Source: Kineococcus radiotolerans SRS30216 = ATCC BAA-149
GTDB taxonomy: Bacteria > Actinomycetota > Actinomycetes > Actinomycetales > Kineococcaceae
Direction of reading: 5' to 3'
Length of the DNA stretch: 32,000 bases
NCBI RefSeq assembly: GCF_000017305.1
Contig: NC_009664.2
Span: forward strand, 3,600,001-3,632,000
Part shown: in pieces, positions 11,415 to 20,280 of the stretch
Layout of the letters: every line of letters starts with the position of its first letter
Numbering within the stretch: position 1 is the stretch's first letter
Position numbers and translations under genes: made by a program
The notes under the pieces: model-generated
Told to the model about the DNA's origin: nothing
Seen by the model: only the letters and a program-made list of their open reading frames with translations
Databases searched by the model: none

Positions 11415-11617
11415 GATGGGCTCGTCTCCTTCCGATCGACCTGCGAGCCGTTCTCGGCAGGCGGGTCAGGTCACCCTACGGGCTCACCGGCGCGGGGCCG
11501 AGCGGAGTCGGGCGGCGGCGCCCCGGGTCCGCTCAGCGCGTAACCTCTGCACCGACGCCGCCGCTCCCCCGGAGCGGGGCTCAGACCGCCGACACCCAGC
11601 CGGACAGGAGACTCCGC

Positions 11618-13006
11618 GTGGCCTCGCCCACCCCCCGCCTCGACGCCGTCATCAACCTCGCCAAGCGCCGGGGGTTCGTCTTCCCCTCGGGCGAGATCTA
11701 CGGCGGCACCCGCTCGGCCTGGGACTACGGACCGCTCGGGGTGGAGCTGAAGGAGAACATCAAGCGCCAGTGGTGGCGGCAGATGGTCTCCTCCCGCGAC
11801 GACGTCGTGGGCCTGGACTCCTCGGTCATCCTGCCCCGCCGGGTGTGGGAGGCCTCCGGTCACGTCGAGGTCTTCAGCGACCCCCTCGTGGAGTCGCTGC
11901 AGACCCACAAGCGCTACCGCGCCGACCACCTGCTGGAGGCCTACGAGGCCAAGCACGGCCACCCCCCGGTCAACGGCCTGGCCGACGTGCCCGACCCCGA
12001 GACCGGCGTGCGCGGGCAGTGGACCGAGCCCCGCGACTTCTCCGGGCTCATGAAGACCTACCTCGGCGCGGTCGACAACGAGGAGGGGCTGCACTACCTG
12101 CGCCCCGAGACCGCCCAGGGCATCTTCGTGAACTTCGCCAACGTCATGGGCTCGGCCCGCAAGAAGCCGCCGTTCGGCATCGGCCAGATCGGCAAGAGCT
12201 TCCGCAACGAGATCACCCCGGGCAACTTCATCTTCCGGACCCGCGAGTTCGAGCAGATGGAGATGGAGTTCTTCGTCGAGCCCGGCACCGACGAGCAGTG
12301 GCACCAGTACTGGCTCGACGAGCGGATGTCCTGGTACACCGGCCTCGGCATCGACGCCGGCAACCTGCGGTTCTTCGAGCACCCGCAGGAGAAGCTGTCG
12401 CACTACTCCAAGCGGACCGTCGACATCGAGTACCGGTTCGGGTTCCAGGGTTCGGAGTGGGGCGAGCTGGAGGGCATCGCCAACCGCACCGACTACGACC
12501 TCTCCACCCACTCGCGCGAGTCCGGCGTCGACCTCTCCTACTTCGACCAGACCAAGGGCGAGCGCTGGATCCCCTACGTCATCGAGCCCGCCGCGGGCCT
12601 GACCCGCTCGCTCATGGCGTTCCTCGTCGACGCCTACACCGAGGACGAGGCCCCCAACACCAAGGGCGGGGTCGACAAGCGCACGGTGCTGCGCCTGGAC
12701 CACCGCCTGGCCCCGGTCAAGGCCGCGGTGTTCCCGTTGTCCCGCAACGAGCAGCTCTCGCCCAAGGCCCGCGACCTCGCCGCGGAGCTGCGCCGGAACT
12801 GGAACGTGGAGTTCGACGACGCCGGGGCCATCGGGCGCCGCTACCGCCGCCACGACGAGGTCGGCACGCCGTACTGCATCACCGTCGACTTCGACACCCT
12901 CGAGGACGAGGCGGTGACCATCCGCGAGCGCGACACCATGGCGCAGGAGCGCGTCGGCCTCACCCAGGTCACCAGCTGGCTGGGCGCGCGCCTCGTCGGC
13001 GCCTGA
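11618..13006 (+). CDS. glyQS: glycine--tRNA ligase (dimeric class II type)
   Basis: 462 aa containing [44 protein letters not shown], and an anticodon-binding C-terminus with YCITVD. Confidence 0.95.
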   Translation: MASPTPRLDAVINLAKRRGFVFPSGEIYGGTRSAWDYGPLGVELKENIKRQWWRQMVSSRDDVVGLDSSVILPRRVWEASGHVEVFSDPLVESLQTHKRYRADHLLEAYEAKHGHPPVNGLADVPDPETGVRGQWTEPRDFSGLMKTYLGAVDNEEGLHYLRPETAQGIFVNFANVMGSARKKPPFGIGQIGKSFRNEITPGNFIFRTREFEQMEMEFFVEPGTDEQWHQYWLDERMSWYTGLGIDAGNLRFFEHPQEKLSHYSKRTVDIEYRFGFQGSEWGELEGIANRTDYDLSTHSRESGVDLSYFDQTKGERWIPYVIEPAAGLTRSLMAFLVDAYTEDEAPNTKGGVDKRTVLRLDHRLAPVKAAVFPLSRNEQLSPKARDLAAELRRNWNVEFDDAGAIGRRYRRHDEVGTPYCITVDFDTLEDEAVTIRERDTMAQERVGLTQVTSWLGARLVGA

Positions 13007-13048
13007 GACCCGCCCGACGGCCGGGGCCCCTCCGGGTCCCGGCCTAGG

Positions 13049-14230
13049 GTGGCCCGCGTGCCGCGCCCGCCCCTGACCCAGCCGCTCGCCGCCGGGGCCG
13101 TCGCCGCCGTCACGGGGTTCGCGTCGTCCTTCGTCCTGGTGCTCGCCGGCCTCGCCGCCGTGGGCGCGACCCCCGCCCAGGCCGCCTCGGGGCTGCTCGC
13201 CCTGTGCCTGGTGCAGTGCGCGCTGGCGGTGGTGCTGTCCCGGTGGACGCGCCTGCCGCTGTCCTTCGTCTGGTCGACCCCGGGGGCGGCGCTGCTGGTG
13301 GCCGCCGAGGGCCGCGCGGGGTCCCTGGGGGCGGCCGTGGGGGCGTTCCTGCTGTCGGCCCTGCTCGTGGTCGTGACCGGGGCCTGGCCGGCGCTCGCCC
13401 GCCTCGTGCGCCGGGTCCCCACCCCCGTCGCGGGGGCCCTGCTGGCGGGGGTCCTGCTCCCGCTGTGCCTGGCCCCGGTCTCGGCCGTGCGCGCCGACCC
13501 CGTCGCCGGGCTGGCCGTCGCGGCGGTCTGGCTGGTCCTGCGCCGGGTGCGCCGGGCGTTCGCCGTGCCCGCGGCCATGCTCGTCGCGCTGGCCTTCACG
13601 GCGGCGGCCCTGCCGGGGACGGCCACGCTGGAGTGGGTGCCGCGGCTGGTGCCGGTGGCGCCCGAGCTCGACCCGTCGGTCGTGGTCTCGCTGGGCGTGC
13701 CGCTGTACGTGGTCACCATGGCGGGGCAGAACATCCCGGGCTTCACGATCCTGGAGACCCTCGGCCACCGCCGGGTCCCCACCGGGCGGGTGCTCGTGGG
13801 GGCCGGTCTGGGCAGCGGGGCCGCGGCGGTCTTCGGCGGGCACGCGGTGAACCTGTCCGCGCTGGCGGCCGGGATCATCGCCGGCCCGGGGGCCGGGAAG
13901 GACCCCTCCCGGCGGTGGATCGCGGCCGTGGCCGGGGGAGCGGGGTACCTCGTCCTGGGGCTGCTGGCCGCGCCCATCGCCGGGCTGGTGGGCAGCACCG
14001 ACCCCGTGCTGGTCGAGGCCGTCGCCGGCCTCGCCCTGCTCGACTCCTTCGTCGGCGGGCTCGTCTCCGCCCTCGACGACGCCGGGCAGCGGGTGACGGC
14101 GGCCCTCACCTTCGTCGTCGTCGCCTCGGGGGTGTCCTTCGCCGGGGTGGGCAGCGCGTTCTGGGGCCTGCTGGTGGGCCTGCTGGTCTTCCCGCTGGCC
14201 CGGCCCGCGCGCCCGGCCGCGAGCGCCTGA
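13049..14230 (+). CDS. benE: BenE-family benzoate/H+ symporter-like membrane transporter
   Basis: 393 aa, polytopic and hydrophobic. FVWSTPGAALL and PLYVVTMAGQNIPG resemble BenE-family signatures as I recall them. The family assignment rests on memory only. Confidence 0.65.
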   Translation: MARVPRPPLTQPLAAGAVAAVTGFASSFVLVLAGLAAVGATPAQAASGLLALCLVQCALAVVLSRWTRLPLSFVWSTPGAALLVAAEGRAGSLGAAVGAFLLSALLVVVTGAWPALARLVRRVPTPVAGALLAGVLLPLCLAPVSAVRADPVAGLAVAAVWLVLRRVRRAFAVPAAMLVALAFTAAALPGTATLEWVPRLVPVAPELDPSVVVSLGVPLYVVTMAGQNIPGFTILETLGHRRVPTGRVLVGAGLGSGAAAVFGGHAVNLSALAAGIIAGPGAGKDPSRRWIAAVAGGAGYLVLGLLAAPIAGLVGSTDPVLVEAVAGLALLDSFVGGLVSALDDAGQRVTAALTFVVVASGVSFAGVGSAFWGLLVGLLVFPLARPARPAASA

Positions 14231-14255
14231 CCCGCGGTTCAGGAGCGTCGCCGGC

Positions 14256-15248
14256 TCAGGGGCAGCCGCAGGAGCCGCGGTGGCGGAACGTCGGGGGGAT
14301 CCGCTCGCGGCGGGAGGTCTCGGGCGCGGTGCCCGCGAGGCGCTCGAGGATCATCGTGACCGCGCGGGTGGCCATGGCGGGGACGTCCTGGTGGATGGCG
14401 GTGAGGCCGGGTTCGACGAGGTCGGCCCACTCGGGGTCGTCGTAGCAGACCAGGGCGACGTCGCGGGGGGAGCGCAGGCCCAGCGCGCGCAGCGCGCGCA
14501 GGGTCCCGACGGTCATGGAGTTGTTGCCCACGACGACGCCGGTGGGGCGCTGCGCCCCGGCGAAGGCCTCCCGCACGGCGGCCTCGGCCACGTCGGTCTC
14601 GCTCCCGCCGTCGAGGACGACCCCGCTCAGGCCCCGCTCCTCCACCACGCGCTGGAAGCCGGCCAGGCGCTCGGACGTGGAGCTCAGCCCGGCCAGCCCG
14701 GCCACGAAGGCCAGCCGGCGGTGCCCGAGGTCGGCCAGGTGGGAGGTCAGCAGCGCGGTCGCCTCGGTGTTCTCCGGGGCGACCTGGTCGACCTCGGGGT
14801 CGGCGAAGCGGTCGAGCAGGACCGTGGGGATCCGGTGGGTGGCCAGGAAGGGCAGGGCCTCGGCGTCGGCGTGCACCGAGGGGGCCAGCAGGATCCCGTC
14901 GACGCGGCGGTCGGCGAGCTCGTGCACGGCGCGCAGCTCCTCGACGGGGTCGTCGTGGGTGTCGGCGAGCACGAGGGTGTACCCGGCCGCGCGGGCGCTG
15001 CCCTCGATGGAGGTCACCAGGTCGGCGAAGTGCGGGTTGGAGACGAAGCGGCTGGCCAGGCCGAGCGTGGTGGTGGAGGAGCGGGCCAGGGACCGGGCGA
15101 GGGTGTTCTGCCGGTAGCCGGTGCGGGTGATCGCCGACAGGACGGCCTCCCGCGTCGGTTCGCTGACCGTGCGGGTCCCGTTGAGGACGTGGGAGACGGT
15201 CGAGGCGTTCACCCCGGCCAGTCGCGCGACGTCGGCCATCGTCACCAC
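14256..15248 (-). CDS. LacI-family transcriptional regulator
   Basis: VVTMADVARLAGVNASTVSHVLNG (HTH) plus a periplasmic-binding-fold core. The start is ambiguous among GTG 15248, GTG 15245 and ATG 15239. Track start 15323 (TTG) would place the operator palindrome inside the CDS and is rejected. Confidence 0.85.
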   Translation of the reverse strand: MVTMADVARLAGVNASTVSHVLNGTRTVSEPTREAVLSAITRTGYRQNTLARSLARSSTTTLGLASRFVSNPHFADLVTSIEGSARAAGYTLVLADTHDDPVEELRAVHELADRRVDGILLAPSVHADAEALPFLATHRIPTVLLDRFADPEVDQVAPENTEATALLTSHLADLGHRRLAFVAGLAGLSSTSERLAGFQRVVEERGLSGVVLDGGSETDVAEAAVREAFAGAQRPTGVVVGNNSMTVGTLRALRALGLRSPRDVALVCYDDPEWADLVEPGLTAIHQDVPAMATRAVTMILERLAGTAPETSRRERIPPTFRHRGSCGCP

Positions 15249-15305
15249 AGCAGGAGCCTCCTCGCCCTCGCGGCCCGGGTCACCGTCACGATCGGGTGAC
15301 ACCCG

Positions 15306-15333
15306 GGACAAGCGCTTGCGCAAGCGCTTGTCC
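15306..15333. promoter_or_regulatory. perfect 28-bp palindrome holding two LacI/GalR-type operator cores
   Basis: GGACAAGCGCTTGC|GCAAGCGCTTGTCC. CAAGCGCTTG occurs twice (15309-15318 and 15321-15330), 12 bp apart, and each fits the LacI-family core AAnCGnTT. It lies between the divergent lacI-like and usp-like starts. Confidence 0.55.
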
Positions 15334-15387
15334 GGATCCTAGTGTCCTCCCGTCCACCGATCGACCCTGACGCGAGGGAGCGTTGCG

Positions 15388-15804
15388 ATGTGCGGTCCGA
15401 GGTCCCAGCACCCGCTGGTCGTCGTCGGCTACGAACCGGGTGACGAGCACGCCGTCCTCGAGGCCCTCGCCCAGGCCCGGCTGCGCGGGGGGTCGGTCGC
15501 CGTGGTCGCCGCCGCACCGCTGCCCGACGCCCTGCTGCTGCGCCTGCGCACCGCCCCCGTCGGGCTCGACCTGCGCCTGCCCCCCGAGGGCGCCGACGTC
15601 ACCGAGGCCGTCCTCGACCTCGCCGAGCGCGAGCAGGCCGCGCTGCTCGTGGTGGGCCTGACCCGGCGCGGCGTCGACGACCTGCTCGGGGGCCGCGCCC
15701 GCCTCGTCGTCCTCGACGCGCCGTGCCCGGTGCTCTCCGTCCCCGAGCCCGCCTCGGGCTCCGGCTGCCTGCCCCCCGCCGACGCCCTCACAATGGGGGT
15801 GTGA
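15388..15804 (+). CDS. universal stress protein (UspA-like) family protein
   Basis: 138 aa. The C-terminus [33 protein letters not shown] resembles the Usp ATP-binding/terminal motif. GAGGGA lies upstream of the ATG. The stop overlaps the next start (GTGA). Confidence 0.6.
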   Translation: MCGPRSQHPLVVVGYEPGDEHAVLEALAQARLRGGSVAVVAAAPLPDALLLRLRTAPVGLDLRLPPEGADVTEAVLDLAEREQAALLVVGLTRRGVDDLLGGRARLVVLDAPCPVLSVPEPASGSGCLPPADALTMGV

Positions 15805-16967
15805 GCGCACCCACCCTGACGGCCGTCCAGCCGCTGCGGATCGGACCGCACGTCTCCCCGACGCCGGTCGTCCTGGCCCCCATGGCCGGCATCACCAACA
15901 CCGCCTACCGGCAGCTGTGCCGCGAGCACGGCGAGGGCTTCTACGTCAGCGAGATGGTCACCTCCCGCGCCCTCGTCGAGCGCCACGCCGAGACGATGCG
16001 GCTGGTGACGTTCACCGCCTCCGAGCGCCCCCGCAGCCTGCAGCTCTACGGCGTGGACCCCACGACCGTGGCCGCGGCGGTGCGGATGGTCGTCGAGGAC
16101 GACCTCGCCGACCACGTCGACCTCAACTTCGGCTGCCCCGTGCCCAAGGTCACCCGCAAGGGCGGCGGGTCCGCGCTGCCCTGGAAGGCGGAGCTGTTCC
16201 GCTCCATCGTCCGCGGCGCGGTCGCCGAGGCGTCGCGCGGCGGGATCCCGCTGACGGTGAAGATGCGCAAGGGCATCGACGACGACCACCTCACCTACCT
16301 GCAGGCCGGCAAGGCCGCCGAGCAGGAGGGGGCCGCCGCCGTCGCCCTGCACGGGCGCACCGCGTCCCAGCACTACTCCGGGCAGGCCGACTGGGAGGCG
16401 ATCGCCCGGCTGAAGGAGACCGTCACCACGATCCCCGTCCTCGGCAACGGCGACGTCTGGAGCGCCGAGGACGCGCTGGAGATGGTGCGCCGCACCGGGT
16501 GCGACGGCGTCGTCGTCGGCCGCGGCTGCCTCGGCCGGCCCTGGCTGTTCGCCGACCTCGAGGCCGGTTTCGCCGGGCGCGAGGACCGGGTCAAGCCGGG
16601 GCTGCGGCAGGTCGCGCAGGTCCTGCGCCGCCACGCCGAACTGCTGGTCGAGTTCTACGGCGACGAGCTGCGCGGCTGCCGCGACATCCGCAAGCACGTC
16701 TCCTGGTACCTCAAGGGCTACCCCGTGGGCGGGGACGTGCGCGCCCGCCTCGGCCTCGTCGACACCCTCGAGGCCCTCGACGAGCTGCTGGACTCCCTCG
16801 ACCTCGACCTGCCCTACCCGGGGGCGGCCGCCGAGGGCTCGCGCGGCCGGGCGGGTTCCCCCCAGGCCCGCGTCGCCCTGCCCGAGGGGTGGCTGGACGA
16901 CCAGGAGCTCACCGGTCCCGCGGCCGAGATGATCCGCCAGGCCGAGCTGTCGGTGTCGGGCGGATGA
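15801..16967 (+). CDS. dus: tRNA-dihydrouridine synthase
   Basis: [48 protein letters not shown] and [11 protein letters not shown] are present. The start is GTG 15801, within the track ORF that begins at 15723. Confidence 0.9.
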   Translation: MSAPTLTAVQPLRIGPHVSPTPVVLAPMAGITNTAYRQLCREHGEGFYVSEMVTSRALVERHAETMRLVTFTASERPRSLQLYGVDPTTVAAAVRMVVEDDLADHVDLNFGCPVPKVTRKGGGSALPWKAELFRSIVRGAVAEASRGGIPLTVKMRKGIDDDHLTYLQAGKAAEQEGAAAVALHGRTASQHYSGQADWEAIARLKETVTTIPVLGNGDVWSAEDALEMVRRTGCDGVVVGRGCLGRPWLFADLEAGFAGREDRVKPGLRQVAQVLRRHAELLVEFYGDELRGCRDIRKHVSWYLKGYPVGGDVRARLGLVDTLEALDELLDSLDLDLPYPGAAAEGSRGRAGSPQARVALPEGWLDDQELTGPAAEMIRQAELSVSGG

Positions 16968-18217
16968 GCTCCGAGGACCAGGGCTACGGCCGCGGCGACC
17001 TGGAGCGCTGGGCCGCCGAACCGCCGAAGACCCACGGCCGCACCGCCTTCGCCCGCGACCGCGCCCGCGTCCTGCACTCCTCGGCGCTGCGCCGGCTCGC
17101 GGCCAAGACCCAGGTCGTGGGGCCCGGCACCGACGATTTCGTCCGCAACCGGCTCACGCACTCCCTGGAGGTCGCCCAGGTCGGGCGCGAGCTCGGGGCG
17201 GCGCTGGGGTGCGACCCCGACGTCGTCGACACCGCCTGCCTGGCCCACGACCTGGGGCACCCGCCGTTCGGGCACAACGGCGAGCGGGCGCTGGCCGAGG
17301 CCGCCGCCGGGATCGGCGGCTTCGAGGGCAACGCCCAGACGCTGCGGCTGCTGACCCGGCTGGAACCGAAGACGGTCGCCCTCGACGGCTCGCCCGTGGG
17401 GCTGAACCTCACCCGGGCCAGCCTGGACGCCTCGACGAAGTACCCGTGGCTGCACGGGAAGGCCCCGCGGGCGACCTCGAAGTTCGGCGCCTACGCCGAC
17501 GACGCGGACGTCTTCACCTGGCTGCGCGACGGCGCCCCGGAGAACCGGCCGTGCGTGGAGGCGCAGGTCATGGACTTCTCCGACGACGTGGCCTACTCGG
17601 TGCACGACGTCGAGGACGCCGTCGTCGCCGGCCACGTCCGCCTGGACTGGCTGGACCGGGACGAGATCCGCGCCCGCGTCGCGGCGCAGGTGCGCGACTG
17701 GTACCTGCCCGACGCCTCCGACGACGCGGTCGCCGACGCCCTGGAGCGGCTCTCCAGCACCGGCTTCTGGGCCCGGGAGCAGCCCGGGGAGGTCTTCGGC
17801 GGCCGGCGGCACCTGGCGGCGCTGAAGGACATGACCTCCCAGCTCATCGGCCGCTTCGCCAACGCCGCCGAGCACGCCACCCGGGAGCGCCACGGCGACG
17901 GGCGGCTGACCCGCTACGCCGCCGACGTCGTCGTCCCGCCCGGCACCGCCCTGGAGGTCGCCGTCCTCAAGGGGGTCGCGGCGACGTTCGTCATGACCGC
18001 CCAGGAGCGGCAGCCGTTCTACGCCCGCCAGCGCGAGCTGCTGCACGAGCTCCTCGCGGCGCTGGCCGAGCAGGCGCCGGGAGCCCTGGAACCGCCGTTC
18101 CGCGAGGACCACGCCCTCGCCGGGGACGACGCGGCCCGGTTGCGGGTCGTCGTGGACCAGGTGGCGTCCCTCACCGACGTCTCCGCGCTGGCCTGGCACG
18201 CCCGCCTCACCGGCTGA
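16964..18217 (+). CDS. dgt: dGTP triphosphohydrolase-like HD-domain protein
   Basis: [37 protein letters not shown] and [14 protein letters not shown] (HD motif). ATG 16964 overlaps the dus stop (ATGA). Confidence 0.9.
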   Translation: MSSEDQGYGRGDLERWAAEPPKTHGRTAFARDRARVLHSSALRRLAAKTQVVGPGTDDFVRNRLTHSLEVAQVGRELGAALGCDPDVVDTACLAHDLGHPPFGHNGERALAEAAAGIGGFEGNAQTLRLLTRLEPKTVALDGSPVGLNLTRASLDASTKYPWLHGKAPRATSKFGAYADDADVFTWLRDGAPENRPCVEAQVMDFSDDVAYSVHDVEDAVVAGHVRLDWLDRDEIRARVAAQVRDWYLPDASDDAVADALERLSSTGFWAREQPGEVFGGRRHLAALKDMTSQLIGRFANAAEHATRERHGDGRLTRYAADVVVPPGTALEVAVLKGVAATFVMTAQERQPFYARQRELLHELLAALAEQAPGALEPPFREDHALAGDDAARLRVVVDQVASLTDVSALAWHARLTG

Positions 18218-18222
18218 CGGCC

Positions 18223-18263
18223 CGCGGGCGGGGTGCGGGGCCCGGCCCCGCACCCCGCCCGCG
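18223..18263. terminator. perfect 41-nt palindrome between convergent dgt and the CoA-binding gene
   Basis: Positions 18223-18242 pair with 18244-18263 around C18243 (CGCGGGCGGGGTGCGGGGCC C GGCCCCGCACCCCGCCCGCG). It lies between the stops at 18217 and 18271. Confidence 0.6.
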
Positions 18264-18270
18264 ACCGGCC

Positions 18271-18870
18271 TCAGCGCGCCCGGCGCTTGGCCGAGATCAC
18301 CCCGGTGTCGAACCCGGCCAGGTGCAGCCCGCCGTGGAAGCGGGCGTGCTCGATCTTCAGGCAGCGGTTCATCACGACGGTGACCCCGGCCTCCGCCCCG
18401 CGGCGCGCGACGTCCTCGTCGGCGAGCCCGAGCTGCATCCACATCACGGGCGAGCCCACTGCGATCACCTCGTCGAGGACGGCCCCGAGCTCGGCCGGCC
18501 GCCGGAAGACGTCGACGAGGTCGGGGACCCCGGGCAGCTCGGCGAGGGAGGGGTAGCAGGGCCGGCCGAGGATCTCGGTCTCGTTCGGGTTGACGAACCA
18601 GACCTCGAAGTCGGAGCTGGCGAGCAGGTACGTCGCCACGAAGTACGAGGCGCGCGAGGGCTTGGCCGAGGCGCCGAGGACGGCCACCGTCCGCGTCCGG
18701 CGCAGGATGCGCAGCCGCTGCCCGGGCGTGGGGGCGCTCCAGGTGGTGGCGGGGGCGTCCTTGGACCCGGTCGCGGCGCGGGCGTCGGCCGCGGCGGTCC
18801 GCAGGGTCTCCGGGGCGGCGACGGCGCCGGTGTCGGTGCTGGCGTCGGGCACGGGCGTCGTCCCGCTCAC
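18271..18870 (-). CDS. CoA-binding domain protein (YccU/YneT-like) with a roughly 50-aa Ala/Thr/Pro-rich N-terminal extension
   Basis: TRTVAVLGASAKPSRASYFVATYLL..FEVWFVNPN..LVDVFRRP. The extension has near-100% GC3, so it is probably translated. The GTG start shares GTGA with the metY stop. Confidence 0.75.
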   Translation of the reverse strand: MSGTTPVPDASTDTGAVAAPETLRTAAADARAATGSKDAPATTWSAPTPGQRLRILRRTRTVAVLGASAKPSRASYFVATYLLASSDFEVWFVNPNETEILGRPCYPSLAELPGVPDLVDVFRRPAELGAVLDEVIAVGSPVMWMQLGLADEDVARRGAEAGVTVVMNRCLKIEHARFHGGLHLAGFDTGVISAKRRAR

Positions 18871-20204
18871 CGGTTCCCCCCCACGGCCGCGGTGAGCGCC
18901 TGGTCCAGGTCCCACAGCACGTCCTCCACGTCCTCCAGCCCCACGCTGATCCGGATGAGGTCCTCGGGCACCCCGGCGGCGGTGAGCTGGTCGGGGGAGA
19001 GCTGCTGGTGGGTCGTGGAGGCCGGGTGCAGCACGAGGGTGCGGGCGTCGCCGATGTTGGCCAGGTGCGAGCACAGCTGGCAGCTCTCGATGAAGCGCTC
19101 GCCCGCGGCGCGTCCCCCCACGACGCCGAAGGAGAACACCGCCCCGGGCCCCTCGGGCAGGTAGCGCCGGGCGCGCTCGTGGTGGGGGTGGGTGGGCAGC
19201 CCGGAGTAGCGGACCCAGGAGACCCGCTCGTCGGCCTCCAGCCACTCCGCGACCGCCTTGGCGTTGGCGACGTGCTCGCGCATGCGCTGGGGCAGGGTCT
19301 CCACGCCCATGAGCAGCAGGAAGGCCGAGTGCGGGGACAGCGTCGCGCCGATGTCGCGCAGCTGCTCGCTGCGCAGCTTGGTGAGGAAGCCGTACTCGGC
19401 GAAGTTGCCCCACCAGCTCAGCCCCCCGTAGGAGGCGACCGGCTCGGTCATGGCCGGGAACTTGCCGTTGTCCCAGGGGAACGTGCCCGCGTCGACGACG
19501 ACCCCGCCCAGGGTGGTGCCGTGCCCGCCGAGGAACTTCGTGGCGGAGTGGATGACGATGTCCGCGCCGTGCTCGATGGGCCGGCACAGGTAGGGCGTGG
19601 CGGTGGTGGCGTCGACGACGAGCGGGATCCCGGCCTCGTGGGCGACGTCGGCCAGGGCGCGGATGTCGGCGATGACCGTGGAGGGGTTGGCGACGAGCTC
19701 GGTGAAGACGAAGCGGGTCTTCTCGGTGATGGCCGCGCGCACCGCGTCGGGCTCGGGGGCGACGAACACGGTGTCGACCCCGAAGCGGCGCAGCGTCACG
19801 TCGAGCTGGGTGACGGTGCCGCCGTAGAGGTTGTTCGAGGCGACGATCTGGTCGCCGGCCCCGGCGAGGGCGGCGAAGACGAGGAACTCCGCGGCCTGCC
19901 CACTGGCGCAGGCCAGCGCGCCGAGGCCGCCCTCGAGGGAGGCGATGCGCTCCTCCAGCGCCGCGACCGTCGGGTTGGAGATGCGGGAGTAGATGTTGCC
20001 GTACTTCTGCAGGGCGAAGAGGTTGGCGGCGTCGGCGGCGTCCTCGAAGACGAAGCTCGTCGTCTGGAAGATCGGCACCGCGCGGGCCCCGGTGGTGGGC
20101 TCGGGGACGGCCCCGGCGTGCACGGCCCGGGTGCGGAAGCCCCACGCGCGGTCGTCGGCCCCGGTGGCCTCTCGACGTGCGGGGCTGCTCTGCTCGTTGC
20201 TCAC
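18867..20204 (-). CDS. metY: O-acetylhomoserine aminocarboxypropyltransferase/sulfhydrylase (PLP enzyme)
   Basis: 445 aa containing PIFQTTSFVFEDA, YSRISNPTVAALEERIASLEGG and IHSATKFLGGHGT (PLP lysine). Confidence 0.9.
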   Translation of the reverse strand: MSNEQSSPARREATGADDRAWGFRTRAVHAGAVPEPTTGARAVPIFQTTSFVFEDAADAANLFALQKYGNIYSRISNPTVAALEERIASLEGGLGALACASGQAAEFLVFAALAGAGDQIVASNNLYGGTVTQLDVTLRRFGVDTVFVAPEPDAVRAAITEKTRFVFTELVANPSTVIADIRALADVAHEAGIPLVVDATTATPYLCRPIEHGADIVIHSATKFLGGHGTTLGGVVVDAGTFPWDNGKFPAMTEPVASYGGLSWWGNFAEYGFLTKLRSEQLRDIGATLSPHSAFLLLMGVETLPQRMREHVANAKAVAEWLEADERVSWVRYSGLPTHPHHERARRYLPEGPGAVFSFGVVGGRAAGERFIESCQLCSHLANIGDARTLVLHPASTTHQQLSPDQLTAAGVPEDLIRISVGLEDVEDVLWDLDQALTAAVGGNR

Positions 20205-20280
20205 GGGACGATCCTGCCACCCGTCCCCGACGGACCCCGACCAGCCGCTGCCCCGCCGCGGGGACGCCTATGCTCCCCCC

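Noticed and set aside
11415-11617. Possible glycine T-box, or a Zur box, in the 203-bp zur-like/glyQS divergent region
   Set aside because: There is no T-box sequence, no specifier-loop architecture and no AT-rich Zur palindrome. Only short GC hairpins are present (for example CCGCTCC-ccc-GGAGCGG).
7460-14445. Shadow ORFs over ppc, glyQS and benE (7460..9760 -, 7678..9060 +, 9067..10482 +, 11278..13047 +, 11471..13843 -, 12841..14109 -, 13204..14445 +)
   Set aside because: All are low-complexity Arg/Pro/Gly-rich translations in alternative frames of genes with unambiguous motifs.
20205-20280. Possible SAM riboswitch upstream of metY
   Set aside because: Only 76 bp separate the divergent metY and dnaG starts, which is too short for a SAM-I or SAM-IV aptamer plus expression platform. 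No conserved riboswitch core was recognisable.
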